A stretch of 64,000 nt of DNA, taken from Adineta vaga (lineage: Eukaryota; Animalia; Rotifera). Made by a program: the position numbers and the translations under genes. Within the stretch, counting starts at the first letter, position 1. Every line of letters begins with the position of its first letter. The stretch covers positions 7,006,001-7,070,000 of the forward strand of contig CP075495.1 in the NCBI GenBank assembly GCA_021613535.1, given 5' to 3'. Shown here in pieces: positions 21,490 through 47,240 of this stretch. Below the pieces are notes generated by a model that saw nothing but the letters and a program-made list of their open reading frames with translations, did not search any database and was not told the DNA's origin.

Positions 21490-24400
21490 TTACAACTGAT
21501 TGTCAATTATAGTTGATGAAAACAGATGTATAAATTCCTGAAGATCAAGTCCAGTTGGTAAAGCATCAATTGTATTGATTTGATTATTTAAAATATGAAG
21601 AGTTCGAAAAGCATCTTGAATTTCATCTGTAAAGGAAAAACCTCATGTCGATTTATCTATACGTGCAGCTCATAAAACGTACCTAGTGTCATTTTTTCAC
21701 CATCTGTCATCTATAGTAATAGACTTTTAAGTTTGCTGTTAGAAATGTTGAATAATTTTTACGTACGAGACTTTGTATAAATGAATATGTATCTATTTTC
21801 GAAGTGTTTGATACTTTATATTGATCAAAAATGAATTTAAGTATGTCATCTACTGATAATTGATTTGTATTCGTAACAAAATGATTGTAATAAATTCGAA
21901 TTGTTTCATAAAAATTGATTTTTATCTGATAAGGATCAGAAATTTTTTTCTTCAAACATTGTTCATCATACAATTCTTGAATTTGTCGTTTGGATATATA
22001 ATTACCGAGTGCACGAGCAAAATCACTTATTAAAGGTAACGAAATAACTTGTTTAATAGTTAAATTAGTTGGATCTTGCAATTGAATATGATAAAATAAA
22101 GATTGAAATTGTGTTGAGGATTCTAGACTCTGATTTTCTATTCGTTTTTTCATAGTAAATAAATCAAATTTCCATATGAATATACAATTATCTTCTTTAC
22201 CACAAGTAATAAGAAGATTCCGACCTGATATAACATTCAATGATTTTATACCATTTGGATGAGCTAGAATCATATCATATTCATTGGGATGACCTGTTCC
22301 AGGTAATTTCATAACACCAACTGATGTTGATGTTCGAAAAGCAAGATAAGATGTATCAAGTATATTTTCACAATCGATCGACCAGACTTTAATCTAAAAC
22401 ATTTCTTTTCTTTACAAAGTAATTTCAGTCAAAAAAAATTCGTTTACTTGTTCAAATGAAAAACGAAGTGTTTGTAAAGTATGCCGACATTGATATAAGT
22501 TAATATCAAAGCATTTTATTTGTCCACTACTAATTGAACATAATAGATAATCATTTTTTCCGTCAATGGAATATGATATCATCGAAAGAATATAAGATGG
22601 ATATTCGATGAGATTTATACGCGATTGGATTTCAAATGGAACTTGTCGATGATAATCAATAGAATATTCAATCAGATTACCATCATTATCGGAAGAAAGT
22701 AATCGTTGTTTTTCTGTAAGGCGATCTTCGATGAATAGAATAGAAGTTATCTCTTTCGAATGATTCGTACAATAGCCATAAATATGATAAATATCCGGTT
22801 TTTGTTCATCATGAATATAAAGTGTAATTCTCTTTGAAAATGAACGTAGATAGCTGTTCTTGAGTAGACTATCAATAAATTTACTTTATCAAGACTAACA
22901 GCACAAAGAAAGTGAGAATTTAGAGAAAATTGAAGATCAGATATCGATGATTGTGAATTGTACAATGGATGATTGTTGATTGAATTACATGTTGCAGCTA
23001 TAAATAACGTACCGTGTTGAAAAGAAAAAAAGAAACTTTAGAAGTAAGAATATCTGCTGATATTATCGTTTCGACTAAGAATGTTACTTTCTAGATATGA
23101 ATTATTTATCGAAATTCAAAAGTTTCTTACCATCATATAAATAAATCGAACCATTACTTAAACCAATGGCTAAATATGAACATTTTCTATCCAATACCAA
23201 TTTTGATATTCCAATCTGAGTTGATAATGATATGTCTTTATTCAAAAACAAAGATCGCCCTAGATGCAATTGAATTCATGAAAGTTTTCATAGATTTTTC
23301 AATACAATTTTGTACCTTCACCATGCCAGACATAGAGATGTCCTGTTAACGTTCCTATATAAACGACAGGTAACACTGGATTGACACAAATATCTGTAAT
23401 TTGACTTGTGAGAATAGTTTGTACAATTTTAACTAGAAGATATTCTATGTTATCATCATCATTTTTCAAACAATAATGCATACTTAAAGAAAAATTTTGT
23501 TGTGTAACAACAATTTCCTTTCAATAATAATAATACTATGATCGATATAAAAATATTTTATAAAATACATACGTTATTTGATTGACAGATAACTTCATTA
23601 AATTCAAATGACTTGTTTGAATAATCAAATTTATCGGACCAGATTTTTTCAGTTAATTGTTGTTCTTCTTCTTCATTATGATTATCTGCATTGATGGCAA
23701 TGCTGATAATAGCACCCATATTCAACGATGAATATTGTTTAATAAAGTGTAGATTATGATCAAAAACAACAACTTGTGAATGGGCTGTTCCAATGATAAT
23801 ATAATCATTAAACCATCGAATACATGTTATGTCACGTTGTAAATCATGTAAACGTTTTACTTTAGTTCTTTCTGACATATAAGTTTGATGATCAGTTGAA
23901 GAATTGACTGCATATAAAAAAAGGAGCTAATAAATGAAAAATCTATTTCGACAGTACTTTGATTTGTTGCCATTGTTTGTTGTCGTTGTGTATTCAGTGA
24001 TGTGGAATGTGCATATTCAATTTCAAAAAATACCGCTTTTCCTAGACGAAACAATATGATAGATACTAGCAATCTTTATCTTTTACCAGTTGCCGTAATT
24101 ATGACTGCTTCATATTTGTCAGAAATAAGATAACAAAAAATGATTGGACTAATTCGTTGACCAAGTTTTCGCTGAATATGCCGATGAATCTCTATTTTGG
24201 TACGATCTGTATCTTTACTAAAAACTAAAATTATATTTGTTTTTTTTTTGTTTTCTGCAATTTAATCAACGTGATGAAAGAAATTTAACTGTAGAAAATA
24301 GTAGAATCTTTTCCAATACTACAAATCATGGATCGATCTTCAATCATATGAAACCATGATTGACGTTCACAAGTACTTGGAATAGTTGATAAAATAATTG

Positions 24401-24908
24401 GACTTGCGTCATTATTTGACCAACGCCAAAGAATAATCTGTTGATCAGGTAGTTCGGTTAAAACACTAATCAACTTTCCATCACGTGATATGTCTATCTG
24501 AATTATACCCATTTCATGTATATTACTTAAATATTTTACAGGTTTCAAGGTATAAGTATTCCAAACAATTAAAAAGGTTTCCGGTATTGATTCTGCTGTT
24601 ATTAACCATTGTTTATCGTAGGAAACTGCTGCAGTTACAATCGTCGATGTATGACCTTGTAAAGGACTTTTTCCTTTTCCACTACCTGTGCCTATAACAC
24701 CGACATTTCCAACAGTATAAAAATATCGTGTCTTGTCACCAACAGATAGATTCAGTAATGGTACCTTTGCATTCATACCAATAACCCAATTCAGAGAAAG
24801 AGATGTCGAATATTCATCATGATTAGATTTAGCACTCGATTGAATGGACAAATTTTCATGGGAAGTATTTTCGTTTATTTGAAGATCTTCTCGGAGCGTT
24901 GAGACCAT
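21490..24908 (-). CDS. CFAP251: Cilia- and flagella-associated protein 251 (WDR66): WD40 repeats plus EF-hand-like C-terminus
   Basis: [58 protein letters not shown]. Confidence 0.8.
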
Positions 24909-25127
24909 AGATACAGATATTAGAGAGAATCAAACAACGATGAACAAACAATGATCTTTAAAGAAATGGGATACGCGCTAAATCAAGTTTTTACTAGCCT
25001 GAAACAGATGGCGTCCATGGCTGTTCGTATGTATTCAGTATATTTTATTCAATCTGAGATTCAATCTGAGAAATTAATATTATTGTTTATATTTATATCA
25101 ATATAAGTATTACGATATGAAAAACAA

Positions 25128-25298
25128 ATGCTTGACAACAGTAGAGGTTTCATCGCAACGGTATAGATGATGAGAATTTTCTGATGCCATACTGCTGTCA
25201 TTATTCTTCTTCCTTCCGCTCGCAGAAGATTCCGTTACTGTTCTTCCTTTTTTTCTTCCTTGTTTTTATATGCTTATAATATTGTGTATAATGACAAC
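25128..25298. promoter_or_regulatory. Bidirectional CFAP251/ARL3 promoter region with partial RFX X-box-like sites
   Basis: ATGs 455 bp apart head-to-head; RRNAAC-type half sites at 25134-25139 and 25293-25298, and GGTTTCATCGCAAC at 25146-25159 (all imperfect). Confidence 0.3.
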
Positions 25299-25363
25299 CT
25301 ATCAGGTTATTTTGTTTTAGTTACTCACACTTTCATTTTAGTTTCTCATTTATACTCTTCATC

Positions 25364-26264
<901 letters not shown>

Positions 26265-27306
26265 AATGACGAAATGCTAACAACTTTTTTTTTTGTTTTC
26301 TTTAATGTTCAAATGCATTGTGTGTATGTGAAAGTATTTCAATGCTTCTATCTTTTGTTACTAGATTAAAAATTCATCGGCTTATTATTGTTGATGTATA
26401 TTTTAAGAAAAAATCTTTTGTTCTTCCTTCTCATGTGACAATATCGTCATGTATGTTTGTGTGTTTGTGAATATTCTTTCTATTTTCTATATTACAACCC
26501 AGTGGAAGGCATAAATAATGTGTTGACTAGAAATCAAATCTGATGTTGTCGCTTTTTATGTATCTGTCTGTATTTATGTCATGAGATTTTTTGAGTAAAA
26601 AAAACGATGAAAAGTGTATGTAATTCTTTTTTTTTATACAAGAAATATGAAAAATAAAATCAGTTAATTTATATGTCTATTTAGTTCAGAAGAAAGATAG
26701 TTATCTATACGAATACGATTTTTAATGAATGTGGGAGCAAAAAAAGTGATCTCGATAGTTTCAATACAGATAAATTTCACGCTGGATTAGTATGGTGAGA
26801 TTAATTCGAGCATCTATAGAATAGAATAAATTCAAAGTATAAAATCGTGTGAATAATAGACTGCGAATTGTTTGTTCTATAGTCACAAAAGAAAAGAAAA
26901 AAAAACTCACATGATTATAAATGTGCAACTAAGTAGTTACGAAAGATATGTGTAGTTAGATCATTTTCCTACGTAACGAAAAGAAAACTATTGATTCATT
27001 TGTAATTTTAGTGTGTGAAGGCATGTTTTGATTACACTTCTATAGAATTCTGAGAATTGTTATTGATAATTTAATATATTCTAAAAAGAATTTTTGTAGA
27101 AGAGAGTTAATTATATGTTATAAGAATATATTATCTGCTAATAATGTTTTGCTTTTAGTAGTAGCAGTTCTTCTAGGTTTCATATTTTAATCCCGTCGAG
27201 ATGATATTAATCACATGTTTCTTTTGTAATAAGTATTTTTATGGAGAAAAAAAAATAGAACGGATGAATATATATACAATGTGGACGAAACATCAATAAA
27301 CTATGG

Positions 27307-29400
27307 TTAGTGATTTAGTAATTTCTTTGTACAGATTTCAATACTTTGACATACATCTTGAAGACTCGGATGATTGGGAGGAAGAATATGTTGTTTTATC
27401 TGAAGTGCACGTTCATAAAATACAAGTGCTTTCGAATAATCTTTCATATTTCGATATATCCAACCGATATTATTGAATGTTGTTGCTAAATCGGGATGAT
27501 TTGGTGGAAGTGCTTTCTGTTGAATGTCAAGTGTTTTTTCATAGAATGAAAGACCTTTGGAATATTCTTTCATATAATTATAAACTGTTGCAATATTGTT
27601 GTATGAAGTTGCCAAACCTGGATGATTTGATGGAAGAGTTTGTTCTTTAATTTTCAATGCTTTTTCATAGAATTGAAGTGCATTAGAATAGCTTCCATAT
27701 TATCACAAAGTAATCCAATATTGTTATATAACGTAGCTAAATCCGGATGATTTGGAGGAAGTTTTTTTTGATTAATTTTTAATGCTTTTTCATAATATGA
27801 ACGCGCTTTTGACCATTCACTCATATTATCATAAACTGCACCGATATTATTGTAAATTTCAGCTAAGGATTGGTGATCTTCGGACAGAGTTTGTTGATCA
27901 ATTTCAAGTGCTTTTTGATAGAAGATCAATGCTTCTTCATTATTTCCTTGATTACTTTTAATTCGTCCAAGTTGATAATAAATATTTCCTTGATCTTTGA
28001 TGTCTAATGTTTGTTGTAAAACAGTCGAATAAACTTGTTCGGCTTTATCAAATTGACCTAATTTTAAAAGTAATTCACCCATTCTATACCATCCTTTCTC
28101 ATTTGGTGATGTTTCTTTTCTTATTTCTTCTGTTAAAGTCTGTAATTCTTGATCATTATCACTCGTTAATATTAATGAAACATCATAGAGTTGTTTATTG
28201 TCATGTATTTTCTTTATTTCACTAATTCGAAAGATTGTATGCATGGAGAAAAGTATTTCTTGTTCATCATTAAAATAACTAATTCGATCAATAAGAGCAA
28301 AAGGTGTTGATGATGTTGATGGATTAATAGTTATTGTAAATAAAATGCCAACACTTCCTATTCTTCCTAGAGCACTTTGAGCAAATGCAAGTGAAATCTT
28401 TTGTTGTTTACTAGTTGATAGAAAATTATTAAATGATATTAATCCACCTTTCGTTTTCTCAAGTTTATGAAAATCTTCAAATGATAAACCTTGTCCACGA
28501 TAGACAGTAAAACTTTTCGTTTGATGTCGATCGAATTGTTGTGAATGAAGTTCAGCAATTTGATTGTGTAAATCACAAATGAAAAAGCCCATATTAATAA
28601 TTATATCATATTCTAAAGTACGTAATGCACGATTAAGCATTTGATAAGTAAAACATTCTCGAGTATACCACCAAATCGATGATTCTGAACGATAAGTCGA
28701 TTCAAATTCATTGATAATTTTTAATTCTTCACTATTTTTATCATATTGTTGACGACAATAATTCACTAGATCTTTCAAAGAGTCTTTGTTATATTCTAAT
28801 TCAAAAAGAATTTCTTTAAAAATTTGTGTATACATAAATGAAGGTTCTAAATGATCTAAATTTCCGATGTTTTATTTCTATTGGACCAAAACTGAAAGCA
28901 ATGGAATCTTGATTGCATTGTTTAATATCTTTTTTAAGAGATTCAATGATTGATGAGAGTTGGCTGTCAATACATTTTATTTTCGTCCATTTTTTCGCCC
29001 AATTTTCGTGTTGATTTTTGTTATGACAAAAAATATAAATACTATTCAAATGCGACTTTTCATGAATATCAGGTAGAATGGTTGGACCAAGTGAACTGGA
29101 TACAAGCATAAAGACATCTCCAAGATAAATCTGATCGAAGAAATTAATACATTCGGTAGGATCAGTGAAAGTATAGATTGTATTGACAATACTTCGTAGT
29201 TGTTTTAGTGTCTTTCGACAATTTTCATTTGATCGATCGATATTTGGATCTAACCAAACTAAGAGGAAATTTTGAACAATTCGTTTTGTTGGTTGATTTG
29301 CACATTTTGTGTGAGCAACGGATGATGATGTTTTCGCCGTAATTGACTTAGTTTTCGATGAAACGAGAGTTTTTTGTTGTTTTGATTTTAGTGTGCTCAT
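27307..29400 (-). pseudogene. Intronless gene: N-terminal alpha/beta domain + R-S-E (ARTC/VIP2-like) mono-ADP-ribosyltransferase + TPR array, with two frameshifts
   Basis: VYRGQG, FLSTS, DEQEILF catalytic motifs; kinesin-light-chain-type TPRs (LPPNHPDLAT.YNNIG); +1 shift near 28860-28873 and -1 shift near 27691; the three ORFs join into one protein. Confidence 0.8.
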
Positions 29401-29848
29401 TATTTCGTTGTTGGCAAAAGAAAAACCCAGAAATAATCGATCAAGAACGCAATTATTCAAATGTTTTATTGTCACAAAAACGTCACTTACTCTACTATTT
29501 TCTTTTGTTTTCTTTACAGCATAGCAATACTGTTTCACTTATATTTTTGACAAAAAAATAACAAGAAAAGATCATGAGGAATGGTGTTGTTTGCATGTCG
29601 ATCGTTTTTTCTGTTTATATGGAAGCAAAACTTCTTATTTTGAAAAATTCGATGTTTTATTGATTCTTTTTAATTATATTAGATTATTAATTATACGAGA
29701 GAATGCAGTCTTGACCTGGTATTGGACAACTTATAGAATACAAAATTGGTAAACAAAAAAATATGTTTATAAAGAAAACAGGATTTTGTTCATATACAAA
29801 TAGTAAAGTTTGAATTGGTACACTTTGATTAAGAGACGAGAAGAAAAC

Positions 29849-31571
29849 TCAGGCAAATGCTTGACGACTGTTACTCATTGTAGATCTATTCAATATTGCT
29901 GATGATGTTGGTTCATATTTGTTTTTTGGTTTCAAACAACAGATTTGCCTGAAATACAAAAGAAAAAGAATAATTTCTCTATAGGATCAACAACAGGTGG
30001 GTGAAATGTGATGTTATATTGGAAAGGTTAAAGTTACATAGAAACGACTGAATAGAAACTGTTTGTATATTTACCGATTTAAAAAGAAATGAATTGCCCA
30101 CATGGCTAACATTGCACATAAGAAACCAGTAATAATTCCAACAACAAGAAAAACATAACGTATATAATCATCTTGATCTAAAATAAAATATGAATATGAA
30201 AACATGTTATATTCAAAAAGTTCACTTCGATTTATTCAATACCTATTTCTGTTGATAAAGTAGTGTCTATTGGTATTAAGACTGTTGTTAGTGGTGGACA
30301 AGTATTAGCACTGGATACTAAGCTTACGACTAATCGGTAGCAAACTTGGCTTGATTGAATATTGAATGTTCCGATGGCAGCAACACAGAAAATTTGTGAT
30401 CCAATTTGTTCTAATGTTGGTGTCCAAGTGAAACTAAGAGAATAGATTTTCGAATTTACAGCAATAATACTCGATGACTTGACCATTCCAACAGGTGAAA
30501 CAGTATTAAAATCAGTTATTGCTGTTCCAGTACAACCAATTTCAGCTGTCAATGTTATCGTAAATGGTATGCCTACTTTCACGTCAATACATGATTGATC
30601 TGGATATGGACCAATAATTACTGGTTTCGTTGAACAACTAGTTGGAGAACTGTATGTATGAATAAGAAATTGAACAGGTGTTGAACTAAGTGGAACTAAT
30701 GTACTCGTATTAGAATAGAAATCTTCCACCATAATTGCTGCTGCATAGTAGATTTGTGGGATTGTTGGTGTAAAAATTAGAGAACAATTTGATAATAAAA
30801 GAGCACCAGTTACTGCTTGACATACACCACCGCCTAGAGAAAATATTAGAATATATTATGTTTCCATATTTGTCTATATGTTCTTTCTTATTTACTTACA
30901 TTCATCGACACCACCCAAACGTGCCCAGCGACATTGGATATAATCATTATCAGCATCGGTAACTAATAGATTGACGGTACTTTGAACAGAGACCGGAAGA
31001 TGTATAATAGGTAGAACGCTCACAACTGGTGGTGAATTAATGAGACCATTATCGGATCGAACAACCAGATTCACAAGTGACGTTATCGACCAACTTGCTG
31101 ATGAAGCTGTGGCTAATGGCGACCAATTCGAATTTTGAAATGTTAGATAAAATCGAGCATTTTGAGTAATTGAAACATAGGATACTTTTTGTCCCGATGA
31201 CAGATCTTGTGTTATTGAATAGTCCGTACATACAACATCCGTCGTTATACAATCACAGTAACCACCATTATTTCCACAACCAGATACTATAAACGAAGGT
31301 GGTAAAAAATTTACTAATTTCCAGTCAAAAACTTACTGCATTGTAATGGTGTACTATTTGAACCAATTAAACCTCGAGTAGCAATAGTTACACTATCACA
31401 AAATTCATAACTTCGTACCCATGAATAACTTTGTACGATGGATACATTAATTGTTGGTGAAGGTACTTTAGAAACAGGTGTCCAATAGAAAATGCCACCT
31501 CGAAAATGAGTACAACACACTGTTTCAATCCAAAGAAAAGCAATGCTTATGATTAAAGATATTCGTGTCAT
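29849..31571 (-). CDS. Type I membrane cell-surface protein of the HFRGG...NSPP...DxDxD..CRWA family (Dictyostelium Sib/integrin-beta-like); 5 exons
   Basis: Signal peptide then THFRGGIFYW; RSDNGLINSPPV; DADNDYIQCRWA..ECGGVC; Ig/cadherin-like FTWTPT; TM segment YVFLVVGIITGFLCAMLAMWAIHFFL; short tail ending AFA*. Confidence 0.75.
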
Positions 31572-31972
31572 TCTTAATAAATTTATTCTTCTTTTTACAT
31601 GTTAAGCCAAAGATTTCATTCTGTATATATGTGTACATACACGGTTAATTGACAATTTCTCATCAACAAATGTAAGCCTTTCAAATGAATGAAAATCAAT
31701 ACGAAGTCCATATTAAGAACACTCTGATCGTAGTATATTTCATCAGAACAGGTACCTGTTCGACTTCATGGTTATCTCAATATTTTCAATGGTCTCTTTC
31801 TTTTCTTCATCATTTGTAATCAAAAGTAAAAAAAAAAAATCATTACTCCTGCCATTTGTTTCTCTTTATTGACTGTAACGAACAAAAGAGAAAAAGAACA
31901 AATGCACTGAGTATACCTTCGTCGAGAAATGATTTATTCCGTCATTTGTAAATTTAAAAAAACGCGTATAGT

Positions 31973-32230
31973 ATGTCAGCCGAGAAGAAATCCACAATGT
32001 CGCATGATGGAAATAAATCCCAAGAACAATTTGGTATAACTGGAGTAACAACTGGATCAAGTGGTGAACATTTAGCAACTACGGGAGCTAGTGCATTAGG
32101 TACTAGTGGTGGCTGTGGTGATATGGGAAATGAAAAATCGAAAATTGATAAAGCAACAGCTGGTCTAGGACAAACAGTAACAACAGGTGCATCATCGCCT
32201 ACAGTTGCTACAGATCAAGGAACACGCTAG
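31973..32230 (+). CDS. Small Gly/Thr/Ser-rich, probably disordered protein (85 aa), function unknown
   Basis: Intronless ORF with higher GC than its flanks; TTG[AS]S motif three times; AATAAA downstream. Confidence 0.6.
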   Translation: MSAEKKSTMSHDGNKSQEQFGITGVTTGSSGEHLATTGASALGTSGGCGDMGNEKSKIDKATAGLGQTVTTGASSPTVATDQGTR

Positions 32231-32567
32231 ATTTAATAGAATAAACATGAAAACTTCTTTTTGTAATATTTTATTCAAGCTATCAACCTTCATTTACACA
32301 GAGAAACGATGGATACCATGGGAACTAGGTGTCTTTTTTCATTGTTTTATTTTCATTTAGCAGTTACTTGTTCTTTTTTTATATAACTGTACAAATAACT
32401 TCCAATTATCAATAAAGATTTACTTTTTTAAATTCTAAGATGCGTTTATTCGATAATACCAGAAAACTCTATGTTTACAACAATATTTATATACATAATA
32501 CATAAAACGTATATCTACAAAGTACGTTGAGTTGGTTATTGTTTTTCTTTTTATACAAAACAAGAGT

Positions 32568-35148
32568 TTAATTTATCATTGGGCAAGCACCATCGGTCCA
32601 CTAAAAAAAAAGATAAAAGAAATCGATGTTTAATGAGTTCTAATTGTAGATAGCTTCACTATCTTACCGTTAAAAGATGACGATGTTCGGCAAGTGCTAA
32701 TGCAGTTTGATAGTCTTTTTGAAGATTATCATTTAATTGTATAACACGATCGTTTGTTTCCGCTAAACGAGGATCACCACAAACATGATAAAGATCTAAG
32801 AAAAAGAGGTAGGATTTATGTTTCATAGTTGAATTTCGTTGTCACTTACCACGAAGTAAACTCATAGTATTTAATTGTGCAGTATAATCAGGAACTGCCT
32901 GATTTATTGTTGTAGCAGATTGAAGCATGTTTGCACTTTCCTAAACACAAGAATTGAATATTAAGAGTTTCATCTTCTGTTCTATAAAACTATTGAATAT
33001 TTTACCTGATAACTATGCATTCGGAAGAACATATGACCAAGAATAATAAATGTATTTGCTAAAACTTTATTCAAGTCTTCATTGCTAGCAAGATTAGCTG
33101 AACGTCGGAAGAGTTCTCTATGCAATACAAGAAAGAAAAAGATAGTATATTTTTTCAAATCTTTATCAAAGATTTCAATATCTTACTTGGCTTCATGTAT
33201 ACGGGTTTGTGTTAAATTTTGTAAACCATTTAATAAATTTCCGATTGAATGAAGTATCGCTGATCTAGTTTAAATACAAACATCTATGTAAGCTATTGAA
33301 CAACAAAAAGGACTCGTTTACTGTGTGCTATTCAATTCAATATTTATTTGTTGTAAGATCGGTATCAAATTAGCCATTTTTGATGTTCGTAAATAAATAA
33401 CAATAAGGTTAGCAAGAACAACGAAACGAAATTCTTTATCACCAGGAAACTATATTAAAAACGAAATATGGTTAGTCTTAATGAATTTTTCGAAAATAAA
33501 AATCTACTCGTGATCGAAGAGCTGTTGCAAACTAGAAAAGTAGACAAAAATATATAATTTGAAAGAATTTAGATGCATCATCAAACATTCAATTACCTGT
33601 GTTTCAGCTGCTTCATTAAAATTCATTGATGTCGCATAAAAACCCTAAATACAAATTAAATCACATGTTTCATTAATTATTTTCATTCCCAATAAATGAA
33701 CTTACCAATAAGGCATGAATTGTCAATGTTCGTTGAATAGCAATATTATTACTCAATGGATTTGTTGCAGTATGAAGTCGACATAATGTATTGATCTAAT
33801 CAATCGGTTAGTTATAGATAAATTCTCGTGATCAACTTACTTCTTTTATAGCCATTGATTTATTTCCGTATATTAAATGACTTTGTATACGACATTCATA
33901 GAAAAGCATTTCAACAGCCATTAAAAATGGACTATGATCCATACTTTTGATTTGTTCAATTTGTGCTTGAGCTTTATCAGCATATTTAAGAGCTTTTTCT
34001 AATCGACCCGATAGCATCGAATGAAAAACGGTTAACTAAATAGATAAAATATAGATGATGAGAAATGGATTTTACAAATAAACATACTAAATAAACAAGA
34101 ACATTTAAATGATCACGTGATAACCAAGTGAATTGTTCCAATGGATTAGTAACGATGTAAGCTTCTAGAATAAATAGAATAAGAAATAAACTTCTGATTA
34201 GAATGGATACAAATCAATTACCTTCTTCTGGACGACTTGCAAGATTTTGAATACTTTGTTGAAGTTGAATCAATGCATTTTTTGATGATTTGATCTAGAT
34301 ATATCATATCGATGTACATCAAATTTTCTCTTCCGCATTTATACATACTTGACCAAGTCCGAAACAAGAACATGAAATATGTAGAACCAAATAGAAAATT
34401 CGTAATGTTTCAATATGTGTAAAATTGCCTTGTAATGAATTAATTCGATCTAAACATGGTTTTAATAAATTTTGTGCATCCATATAATCTTTCACTAATA
34501 ATCGTAACTAAAAACAAAATCGAAACAATCCTTATGTGTTTGTCAAAGAATACAATTGTGGTTTCTCTGTTCGTATTTACCATTGCTTTTGTTAATTGAA
34601 AAAGAATTTGACAAAATAATGCATTAATTCTTGCAGTAAATTCAATTCCACGATCAACATAATAAAGTGCTGTATTATAATCTTCTTGTGAATGATAAAT
34701 ACTTATTATTTGAAATGTAATCCGACAATGCCAATAGGGCTGTTGACTTGAAAGATCATAAGCTTGTTGAAGTAAAGTTATAGCTGGTGCAAATTGATTT
34801 TGATTTGTATAAATTTTTGCTAATAAACTAAGACTTTCAAGTTTAATATCATCCGGCATTTGTGCTAAATGACACTGAAATAAAATATTAAATATATGTA
34901 TATACTTATGAAGACAAAAACAATCAACAAACTGCTTTATCAAGATGCATGGATGCCATGTCCGTATTAGTTGTATGTTGACTATATAATCTTCCCAAAA
35001 ATAAATGAATTTTAGCTTCAATTAACGGTGGTAGACGAATTGTTAGAATAGCTTGTAAACATTGAATAGCTAAACGATAATTCGGTGGTGTACTTGTTCG
35101 GAAATATTCTGCCGAACCGAGTAAAGCTAAATAAACTGGATCAGCCAT
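32568..35148 (-). CDS. MAU2: Cohesin loader subunit MAU2/SCC4
   Basis: YLALLGSAEYFRTSTPPNYRLAIQCLQA, PYWHCRITFQ, FTWLSRDHL, C-terminal PEHRHLLTWTDG. Confidence 0.92.
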
Positions 35149-35575
35149 CTAAAACAAAGTTTAATATCAGATCTAACTAAATGCAGAAATAAATAGGATA
35201 TCTTTTCATTCAATCAACATAAGAAAAAGAAGAAGCAAAATTGTTTGTTTGGGGTTTTAGCATACGCACAAAATTGAGAAAAAAACAAGAGAAAAATCAA
35301 AAATAATTTGTTATTACACATCATAATGAAGAAAAACACGAGAAAGAAGTGAGAGACTAGCCACAACAAACAAACGGGAATAGTGCACCGCTTCTTTTTT
35401 TCTTTTCTTGTTCTTAAACACAAAAAATATGGCTTTGGTTCCGCTAGTTTGTAAAAAAAGAAACACAGGGATCGACTTAAGAGAGATTGCCTACATTGCA
35501 CAAAAGATAGAAAAAACATAAAACACCGTGATTAGCATGAGGAAGAAGAAAAAGAAGCCTTTTCTTTTCTTTGGT

Positions 35576-47240
<11,665 letters not shown>

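Noticed and set aside
27307-27960. Repeating ~126-nt units as a CRISPR array or satellite
   Set aside because: They are degenerate 42-aa TPR coding repeats
28855-28880. Explaining the ART-TPR frameshifts as introns
   Set aside because: No GT-AG pair of ~50 nt fits, and family similarity is continuous across both sites
29401-29538. N-terminal extension of ORF 28816-29538
   Set aside because: It begins at a non-ATG codon; the first ATG at 29400 is the plausible start
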